Under the pieces are notes generated by a model. That model had not been told where the DNA came from and did not search any database. It saw nothing but the letters and a program-made list of their open reading frames with translations. A stretch of 64,000 nt of DNA from a virus, in the IMG/VR virus record IMGVR_UViG_3300049460_000134, positions 51,556-115,555 of that record; one strand, given 5' to 3'. Below, piece by piece: positions 37,153-44,390 of the stretch. The first letter of the stretch is position 1, and each line of letters starts with the position of its first letter. The translations under genes were made by a program, and so were the position numbers.

Positions 37153-37485
37153 ATGAAGATCATTACTGAAGCCGAACTGACGAGCGCTATCGAAGACTGC
37201 CTGTGCGAAGTGTTTGAGCTCGTCGTAGGCCAGCGCGCATATCTCGAAGTGCTCACGAATGAGACGGACTACGTCGGCACGCTCATCGAGTATGAGACGG
37301 ACCTTGGCTTTCACAACGCGACAAACGTCTTCGATCTGGACCTAGAGACGCGCAAGTATGCCTTTGAGCGCGCAGTGACTGCCGGCGATGCGAAACAGTC
37401 GTTCTTTGCATATGACAGCCTATCTGATGCGAAAGCACACGCCACGGCGCTGCTATTCGCAAAGCTCGACGGCTACGAAGAATAG
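37153..37485 (+). CDS. Hypothetical acidic early protein
   Basis: Own promoter and operator; GAGAG SD. Confidence 0.7.
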   Translation: MKIITEAELTSAIEDCLCEVFELVVGQRAYLEVLTNETDYVGTLIEYETDLGFHNATNVFDLDLETRKYAFERAVTAGDAKQSFFAYDSLSDAKAHATALLFAKLDGYEE

Positions 37486-37727
37486 GCCATAGCGAGCGTC
37501 GCTGACCGCGGCGCTTTCATTTGGCTTGTCGAGTGCCGTGGCGATCCTTGGAACCCGCCGAGGGGCAGTCCACGCCACACCAGGCCGGTCCAGTCCTCAT
37601 CCGGCCAGGCCAGGTCCACGGCACGTCAGGCCGCCTCACCCTGCAAGACCCCTGCAATGCCGATTTGATCGCCTTTAGCGACTTCGCTAAAACAATAATT
37701 AGCGAAACACGAAAGAGAGACACGCGC

Positions 37728-38051
37728 ATGACCAACGAACTCGTAAAGACCGCCGCCATTGCTCTGCTCAATCATCTGTCCACGATGAACGATGATGCCT
37801 TTGAGCGCGTCGATACCGACTACATCGACTATTCGCCTGACGCGCACTTCACAGTCGCCTTGTTCGACGCGATCGAGCCAGCCAAAGACCGCAACTACTT
37901 CGACATGATTACCGAGTTCACCTACGAGCTCGCCAGTGTCACCAAGAGCGATGACGATCGTGCCGACGTCGATCGCTTCTGCACCAAGCTCTTCTCCGCC
38001 CTCCTCCGTTTCGAAATGAGCGAGAACATCCAGAGTCTCGACGCCTCATAG
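37728..38051 (+). CDS. Hypothetical acidic early protein
   Basis: GAGAG SD, ATG at 37728. Confidence 0.7.
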   Translation: MTNELVKTAAIALLNHLSTMNDDAFERVDTDYIDYSPDAHFTVALFDAIEPAKDRNYFDMITEFTYELASVTKSDDDRADVDRFCTKLFSALLRFEMSENIQSLDAS

Positions 38052-38127
38052 CGCCGACAACATCCATTTGAACGCCTTTAGCGAATTCGCTAAATATTTA
38101 AGTGTCAACAACGTGAGAGCGAGACAC

Positions 38128-38298
38128 ATGCAAACGATCATTCCAGCGCCGACCGTCAGATACCACATAAAAGAAATGACGCCGCGCCAGTCGAACTTCG
38201 CAAGCCAAGCCCTGTCGCTTGCCAAGGAGACTGCCGCCTTCATTGCCTTTATCGTCTTCGTCTGTGCTGTCATCGCCGTGTGCGTGATAATCCACTAA
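38128..38298 (+). CDS. Small protein with C-terminal TM helix
   Basis: ATG at 38128 after a promoter. Confidence 0.55.
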   Translation: MQTIIPAPTVRYHIKEMTPRQSNFASQALSLAKETAAFIAFIVFVCAVIAVCVIIH

Positions 38299-38304
38299 GT
38301 CGAG

Positions 38305-38346
38305 AGCCAGGTCCGGACACCGCCATGTCACCGGACCTGGCTTTTT
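38305..38346 (+). terminator. Intrinsic terminator
   Basis: AGCCAGGTCCGG...CCGGACCTGGCTTTTT. Confidence 0.7.
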
Positions 38347-38467
38347 CATTGCCTGAAACCATGGCATGCCACGGTTGCCAAAATCAGGAACCGAGGCTAT
38401 TCGTGCCAAGGGGATCCAGTCCGGCGAGTCCCGCTGGCGATGCCTGTCAATATATGAGCGCTCGCTA

Positions 38468-38527
38468 CATCGCTCGACGCTTCATTAGTCGATGCTACAT
38501 TACGCGCTGCTGCATTAGTCGACGCTT
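38468..38527. repeat. Four imperfect 15-bp tandem repeats (CATTAGTCGACGCTT-like)
   Basis: Units at 38468, 38483, 38498 and 38513. Confidence 0.7.
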
Positions 38528-38621
38528 CGAAAGCGCACGCTCTCACACCTCTTGCTCAATTAGCGCATGCTCACAGACACGCGCTCGCGAGCCTGTCCGT
38601 TTCCGCACCAAAAACAAAGAA

Positions 38622-38648
38622 AAGCACACGCTTGTTTAGCGTGTGCTT
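38622..38648 (-). terminator. Terminator of the minus-strand island operon
   Basis: AAGCACACGCT-TGTTT-AGCGTGTGCTT; U-rich tract on the minus strand. Confidence 0.7.
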
Positions 38649-38666
38649 GTATCTGCTTTTGCTGTT

Positions 38667-38846
38667 TTATTCAGCGCTCATGCGCTCGCGTTCTGTGGTG
38701 CGCACATAGTCGCGCATGTCGAAATACTCGCTTTCATAGTCGCGCTCTAACAGCGCAACGTCTGAGGTGTTAGCAAACGACATGCTAAGCGCTTGTCTGA
38801 AGTTGTCGCGCTCGCGACGCTCTTTCTTTGTCATGTGTATGCGCAT
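38667..38846 (-). CDS. 59-aa protein lacking Gly/Pro/Trp (not in ORF track)
   Basis: MRIHMTKKERRERDNFRQALSMSFANTSDVALLERDYESEYFDMRDYVRTTERERMSAE; GAGAG SD. Confidence 0.65.
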   Translation of the reverse strand: MRIHMTKKERRERDNFRQALSMSFANTSDVALLERDYESEYFDMRDYVRTTERERMSAE

Positions 38847-38915
38847 TATCTAAATCTCTCGTTGGTGTTTCGTGTGAGTGTCAGTCAATTAAGACTGACA
38901 CTCGTTTCTGTGGTG

Positions 38916-39500
38916 TTACGCGCTCAGCTTCGCTTCAATGAGCGCAAAGATTGCGTTGTTGTTGACTGCATATTCAGTCTTGTTTTTCTGCTCAATCAGA
39001 TTGAGCGCATGCAGTGCGCGCATGCTCATGTTTGCATGTCGTGCATAGTTCGCGAATTGCGTGCGACGCTGATAGATGAGCGCTTTTTTGGTGTCGTCGA
39101 TTTTCGCGCTCGCGTTCAAGCTGTCTTCAATGTCGCGCACAGTGAAGTTTACATTAGCGTTCTTGAAGTTAACAAGCGTGCGCAACACTTCTTCGAGATT
39201 GCTCTTGAGGTGTTTTACATCGTCGCGCGTTGCGAACTTGAGCAAGCTATCAACACTGTTGATTGCTTTCATGCACATATACTTATTTTCGACGCGCTTG
39301 TCGTGCGAAAACACCTCAGAAACGTTGCTCTTCTTGAGCAACGCAGCAACGCTTTTCTGCGATACTGTGAGCGTTACATCAGTGATGAACTTGAGCGATG
39401 CAGCGCATGCACCATTTTTCAGTTCATCGTCATAGCGCTTGTTCAAATCTGCAGCGTATGCGTTGATCTTGACTTCGTTGTTCTTCGTTACTTCAGTCAT
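38916..39500 (-). CDS. Paralog of the 36111 product, depleted of GG/CC codons
   Basis: 194 aa with 1 Gly, 0 Pro and 0 Trp; flanked by operators at 38879 and 39584. Confidence 0.8.
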   Translation of the reverse strand: MTEVTKNNEVKINAYAADLNKRYDDELKNGACAASLKFITDVTLTVSQKSVAALLKKSNVSEVFSHDKRVENKYMCMKAINSVDSLLKFATRDDVKHLKSNLEEVLRTLVNFKNANVNFTVRDIEDSLNASAKIDDTKKALIYQRRTQFANYARHANMSMRALHALNLIEQKNKTEYAVNNNAIFALIEAKLSA

Positions 39501-40057
39501 TTGCTTGTCTTTCTTTCGTTGTGCTGTTTAATCAGCGTTGTTAACATGTTCACTAAACACTTATTCGCAAAAACAGTCAAGCGTATCAGTCAAAAATAAC
39601 TGACATTTTGCGAAAATAATTCGATGCACTCTATTTGACACATAGACGCGCACTGACGCGCGTTGTGTGTCGTGCGCTGTCATCTATCGTTTTTGTGCGT
39701 CGCTGCATCCCTCGTGCAACGTCGTGACAATGCGCGCGTGATTGATTCTCTAGTGTCGCGTGACAGTGTTGCTAGCGTGAGTTTTCGAGGTGAAAGCGAA
39801 GTCTTAGAAAAAAGTGCGTCGCTCGAAAGGGATGCCTCCTGCTGCGCCGACACTTCCCGGCTCGGACTACCTGTCCTCATTCCCGGCCTGGACGGACAGC
39901 ATAGGTGCGGTATGCCGAGGCCCCTCCCCTGCTCTCCCCTCTACCAGACCGCCCAGATTCCCGGATCCCGGACTACCTATCCTTATGTGTCAGTAACTAT
40001 TGACTGACATTCGACGCGCGGCTACAGTCGCCTCATCATCAACGCAGGATCTCTCCT

Positions 40058-40987
40058 ATGGAAATCACTAACTCCGGCAACCTCCAGGTCAGAACGCACG
40101 AGAACGGCGTTCAGGAATTCCTCGAGGCCCCGCTCAGCATGTCGCTGTTCAACGACTTTGAGGACCGGCTGCTGACACGCCACACGGACGGCCGCTACGT
40201 CTTCAGGGACGATCGCGGCAACGTGCTGATCTACATGAGCACTGGCCTCTCCGCGCTCGACGGCTTCCAGCGCGTCGGTCTGGAGCTCAAGAGCTACTAC
40301 GACGTGGAGCGCAACCTCTACCAGACCGCCTTCCCTCCCCTCTCCCTGACGATGAGCGACGTTCTCGTGCCGAACAGGCTTCTCCAGGAGCTGACATTCG
40401 TTCCGACCGAGGAGCCGTTCGTCTACAAGCGCACTGCTGGTCCGTTTGGCTTCCCTGTGCTCGATCTCTTCGGTCAGCTTGCCGACAGCATTCCCCTCGA
40501 GGACGCCGTAACAGCAGCCCCTGGCTATCTCAGCGGCGAGCCGACCGAACAGGAGCCTGTCACCGCCGGCTCGCTCTCGAATGCGGACGGCAGCTTCAAG
40601 ATTGACCTGGACGAAGGCGCGATCGAAATTAGCGAAAGCCAGAATTCGCTAACTCGCGTTTCCGTTCACTATGACGATCGCCGCGACCTGGTCTTCGTCG
40701 GCTATGACGTCTTGGATCACATCGACGACGACGGCGGCGCCCTGGCGCTCGAGATCGATGGCAAGGCGATCGTGCCGGCCTTTGGCTGGACGCACTACAC
40801 CTTCGAGGCGCTCGACAATCCGCTTGTGGACGAAGAGGCGCCGCTTGCTTCTGTCGCGAAAGAGCGAATTAGCGATCCGATCTGCGAAGGACCGGTCTTT
40901 CCGGATGGCAGCTTCACCAAGGATCAGATCGAAGAGGCTTTCCGCTTCCTCGTCGCCGACAAGCTCACCGATCGCAAGGCAGCCTGA
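40058..40987 (+). CDS. Hypothetical acidic protein
   Basis: 309-aa ORF after an operator. Confidence 0.7.
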   Translation: MEITNSGNLQVRTHENGVQEFLEAPLSMSLFNDFEDRLLTRHTDGRYVFRDDRGNVLIYMSTGLSALDGFQRVGLELKSYYDVERNLYQTAFPPLSLTMSDVLVPNRLLQELTFVPTEEPFVYKRTAGPFGFPVLDLFGQLADSIPLEDAVTAAPGYLSGEPTEQEPVTAGSLSNADGSFKIDLDEGAIEISESQNSLTRVSVHYDDRRDLVFVGYDVLDHIDDDGGALALEIDGKAIVPAFGWTHYTFEALDNPLVDEEAPLASVAKERISDPICEGPVFPDGSFTKDQIEEAFRFLVADKLTDRKAA

Positions 40988-41110
40988 GCATGGACGCTGT
41001 CTCGCTCGCCGGCGATACGACTGACCTGGTGGTGAAGTCCATTGACTTCACCTTGGTGCTCATCGTCGTGATCGCCTTCATGCTCCACGATACCAAGAAT
41101 AGGATCTGAA

Positions 41111-41395
41111 ATGACGGACACCGTCAAAGGACTGCCCATAAAGGGCTACAAGAACGAGCAGCCGATCCACCTGGTCGAGCTGGTCAACGAGAACAAGGTT
41201 CTCGAGGAAATGGTTCTGCGCCAGATCGACCGGCACGTCGCACTCGGCGCCGAGGTCAATGGTCGTGACGTGCAGATGGCTCGTGGTCTGATCGAGGATG
41301 CGTTCATGCGCCTCAACCGCGGCGTATTCCAGCCGCAACGTCTCGAAGGCGAGCTCGGCGGGGCTGTCCTTGCTGATATGCTGGGAGCTGCCTGA
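41111..41395 (+). CDS. Acb2-like cyclic-nucleotide sponge (anti-CBASS family)
   Basis: IKGY...N..K..E...R....A...IEDAFM..NR.VFQP pattern of the Acb2 family. Confidence 0.65.
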   Translation: MTDTVKGLPIKGYKNEQPIHLVELVNENKVLEEMVLRQIDRHVALGAEVNGRDVQMARGLIEDAFMRLNRGVFQPQRLEGELGGAVLADMLGAA

Positions 41396-41553
41396 TGAGC
41401 GTCGTCGCCCTACTCTACGTCTGGCTGGCGCTCTGGCTCCTGATCGGCATCTTTGTCGCCGGTCTGGTGCTGCTCTTCCTGCGGTTCATCTGGCGAACCT
41501 ATCGCTTTATCCAGAAAGAGCGATTTCGCGATTTAGCGAATGCACGATAAAAG

Positions 41554-41576
41554 AAAGGGCGCTTAGAGCGCCCTTT
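41554..41576. terminator. Bidirectional terminator
   Basis: AAAGGGCGC-TTAGA-GCGCCCTTT between convergent genes. Confidence 0.7.
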
Positions 41577-41577
41577 G

Positions 41578-41859
41578 TCATTTCTGCGTCTTCTTCCAGG
41601 CCGCGAAGCACTCCTCGAGGAGTTCCTTCATCGACATGCCTCTCGCGGTCGCGGTCATCTTGAACTCCCGGCTGAATGCGCCGTCCACCTTGAAGTTCAG
41701 ATCTTTGTAGATCTTCTTGACCTTCATGTTGTCGGCCACGAATGGCGTCTCGGCGGTATCGGCGATCGTCGCCAGCAGCTTGAACTCGTCGGCCTTCTTG
41801 CTTGGCGGCTTGCCTACCGGTGCCTTGGTAGCTGCCGTTTCAACTGGTGCCTTTGTCAT
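41578..41859 (-). CDS. Ribbon-helix-helix partition protein (ParG-like)
   Basis: LNFKVDGAFSREFKMTATARGMSMKELL; coupled to parA. Confidence 0.7.
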   Translation of the reverse strand: MTKAPVETAATKAPVGKPPSKKADEFKLLATIADTAETPFVADNMKVKKIYKDLNFKVDGAFSREFKMTATARGMSMKELLEECFAAWKKTQK

Positions 41860-42500
41860 GCTGCTTCCTCCGCGGCCTGGTTGATCCTGGTGACGATCTC
41901 GCTGGCGAGAGCCTCAGCGCGCTCGTTGAGCGACGGATACTTGGTCTCGGAGATCGCAAAGCCGGTGTTTTGAGCGGACTGATACCCTGCCCTGGTGCCT
42001 AGATCGGTATCGGCGACGTCGAAGCCCTGCTTCTTGATGAGCGCTGCTGCCTCGCGAACCGCGGCCTCACTGTCGGCCGTCTTGTTGAGGACGAAGAAGA
42101 TCTTGTCTCGGCTGACGCCTTTGGCCGCGAGCTCCTGGGCAAAGCCAAGCTGCGGCTTCAGATCGTCCACGGTCACGCCGGTCGGCACGATGACTTGGTC
42201 GGCGACCAGGGCAGCCTCGAGCGAGGTCTGAACAGAGTCCGGCGCGCCATCGACGATCAGGCAGTCGGCCGTCTCATTCTTCAGCTTCTTGACCGAGTTG
42301 AACGGCTGCGCCTCGATCTCCGGCTGGATCACACCGCGGATGCGTGCCGCCACCCAATCAACCGAAGTGAGCTGGTTGGTGTTGAAGTCGCAGATCTTCA
42401 CCGACCACTCAGCCGATGCGTAGGTTCTAGCCATCAGCCGAGCGAGCGTGGACTTGCCGACGCCGCCTTTCTGGGACAGGCACGCGATTATCAGGGTCAT
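41856..42500 (-). CDS. parA: ParA family Walker-type partition ATPase (type Ib)
   Basis: SQKGGVGKST deviant Walker A; IVDGAP; no N-terminal HTH. Confidence 0.92.
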   Translation of the reverse strand: MTLIIACLSQKGGVGKSTLARLMARTYASAEWSVKICDFNTNQLTSVDWVAARIRGVIQPEIEAQPFNSVKKLKNETADCLIVDGAPDSVQTSLEAALVADQVIVPTGVTVDDLKPQLGFAQELAAKGVSRDKIFFVLNKTADSEAAVREAAALIKKQGFDVADTDLGTRAGYQSAQNTGFAISETKYPSLNERAEALASEIVTRINQAAEEAA

Positions 42501-42684
42501 GGTCGCTAATTCCCGTTTGAACGATTTCGCTAAATCGTTACTTAGCGGATTCGGGTTAACGAGACACTACCAAATTTGAAGGGAGAGGTTGGCGCAGCCC
42601 ATTTGTGTCAACAACGAAACAACAAACGAGAGAGACCGGGATCTCAAACGAGAGATTTCTAGGGCTGCGCCGGGGTATTTAGTT

Positions 42685-43179
42685 TCACGAGCTGGTGGTT
42701 TTGTCGAGGTTCTTTCGGGACACAAGACGCATCTTTTTCTCCTCCTGGATGGACTTCATGAAGCCCCAGAGGAAGCCGTAGTCGAAGAGCACCGGTCGGC
42801 CTTCGTAAAGACCCCAATTGCGGTCGTGGCAGTCGCTGAAGAAGTGCGGCACGACGGATGGAATGTCCTTGGGGTCTATCCATTCGCAGCGCTTCTGGAT
42901 GAGGATTGAGCCCTGGCGTGAGATTCCGCAGCACGGCGCCAGCCAGTGCGCGTATGGGCTCTCACAGAGATAATTCCAGACCTTGTGCTCGATGACGTTG
43001 CAGAAGGCTGCCTGATCGGACGGCCGCTCGACCTTGATGACGAACTCGCTAGGCTGCCAGGAGCTCTCATAGACGGCGCGATGCCTGCCGCCGCCCAGGT
43101 ATTCGCCGAGCATGAAGCCGTTAAACTCCTCCTGGATCTCACGAAGGAAGTCATACATGGGTGTAGGAGAGTTGCTCAT
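42685..43179 (-). CDS. Protein kinase-like fold protein
   Basis: LGGGRHRAVY, VIKVE, DCHDRNWG and FDYG motifs. Confidence 0.7.
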   Translation of the reverse strand: MSNSPTPMYDFLREIQEEFNGFMLGEYLGGGRHRAVYESSWQPSEFVIKVERPSDQAAFCNVIEHKVWNYLCESPYAHWLAPCCGISRQGSILIQKRCEWIDPKDIPSVVPHFFSDCHDRNWGLYEGRPVLFDYGFLWGFMKSIQEEKKMRLVSRKNLDKTTSS

Positions 43180-43550
43180 AGCGGCTCAAACTCCGGCATA
43201 TCGAAGATTTCCTCGTAGATCTCCGGTGTCTGGGCGTCGAGCGCCTCCCAGGTCAACCGCATGGCGTCCTGGTTACACATCGTCTCGGTGCAGCAGGTGG
43301 CGATATCGACCTTGTGCTTCTCAGCCACGAAGCCGGCGAGGTCATTGCCACGCATCATCAGATCGAACCGATCGACCTTGGCGTTGCGCTTGGTTCGCGC
43401 AATCGCGAAATCGCTATTTACCGAATTCGTTGGATCGCTAGGTCCAAGCCCATAATCGGAGTCTCGAAATATGCAGTGCGTCGGCGTGCTCCCATGGGGC
43501 TCCCGATCGAGGAACCCCTTGAGCTGGCCTTTAAACCAGACTTGCATCAT
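43176..43550 (-). CDS. Hypothetical protein
   Basis: Operon coupling. Confidence 0.6.
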   Translation of the reverse strand: MMQVWFKGQLKGFLDREPHGSTPTHCIFRDSDYGLGPSDPTNSVNSDFAIARTKRNAKVDRFDLMMRGNDLAGFVAEKHKVDIATCCTETMCNQDAMRLTWEALDAQTPEIYEEIFDMPEFEPL

Positions 43551-44122
43551 GCCGCTTCACTCGACGGGACGGAGCCGATGACCGCGAAGAGCTTCTCAGC
43601 CAGGTCTTTGCGCGCAGCTTCCGGCGACAGACCGCGCGCCAGGCCGTCGTTCTTGATCTTGGCATGCGCATAGGCCGGATTGTAGGTGTCGAATTCGAAC
43701 TTGGAGGGGCCAGCGAGAGGATTCTCGATCTCCAGCACCAGAGCATCTTGTTCGCGCCAGTAGCGGCCTTGCTCGCGACGCACGGAGCCAAAGACGGAGT
43801 AGGAGCCCTTGGGGCGCGCGTTGTCGCTCATGATCGGGATGATATCGCCGCCAAACTTCTCCTCGAAGGCATTGCCGATCTCGCCGAGGATCTCGCGCAC
43901 CTGCCATTCACGGCCATTGATGGTGACAAATTCGAGCTTGCCGGCCTGAGTGAAGACCTGGTCAGCGGTCAATCCCAGGTAATCCATGGCAATCTTGCGC
44001 AATGGAAGGCCGTCATCGGCGAGCTCATGCCCGTAGGCGGCGTTGATGATTTCAGCGGCCGTGGTTTTGCCGGAAGTCGGGTTGCCGCAAAGGGCGATCT
44101 TGCGAGGGAGGTTTGACGACAT
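43547..44122 (-). CDS. dNMP kinase-like P-loop protein
   Basis: GNPTSGKTT; VREILGEIG. Confidence 0.75.
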   Translation of the reverse strand: MSSNLPRKIALCGNPTSGKTTAAEIINAAYGHELADDGLPLRKIAMDYLGLTADQVFTQAGKLEFVTINGREWQVREILGEIGNAFEEKFGGDIIPIMSDNARPKGSYSVFGSVRREQGRYWREQDALVLEIENPLAGPSKFEFDTYNPAYAHAKIKNDGLARGLSPEAARKDLAEKLFAVIGSVPSSEAA

Positions 44123-44207
44123 AGAAAAGCTCCTGCGTTTGTCAGTCAATATTTACTGACACTACAACAGGAGCTGATTTAGCGGAAGCACGAATTAGCG
44201 AATTCGC

Positions 44208-44390
44208 TTAAGCAGGATCGATTTCCTCAATGAAACCGGCCTGTTTGGCCTTGCGCACGAGCTTGGAAAGCTTGGCGTTGTCCTTCAATAGCTCGTCGAT
44301 CGAGTCCAGCAGGAACTTTTCCGTGACAGCGGCAAGACCGGTTGTGTTGAAGAAGTGGATCGGGTCCACAAGGCGACGTTCTGCGGTCAT
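44208..44390 (-). CDS. Hypothetical protein
   Basis: ATGA overlap with the helicase stop. Confidence 0.55.
   Translation of the reverse strand: MTAERRLVDPIHFFNTTGLAAVTEKFLLDSIDELLKDNAKLSKLVRKAKQAGFIEEIDPA

Larger units (their letters stand above)
38445..39828. other. GG/CC-depleted island
   Basis: Manual count of 16 GG/CC dinucleotides in ~1380 bp, 11 of them in GGTG/CACC. Confidence 0.9.

Noticed and set aside
38793-39599. 268-aa plus-strand ORF
   Set aside because: Antisense shadow of 38916-39500, which has the promoter, operators and a paralog
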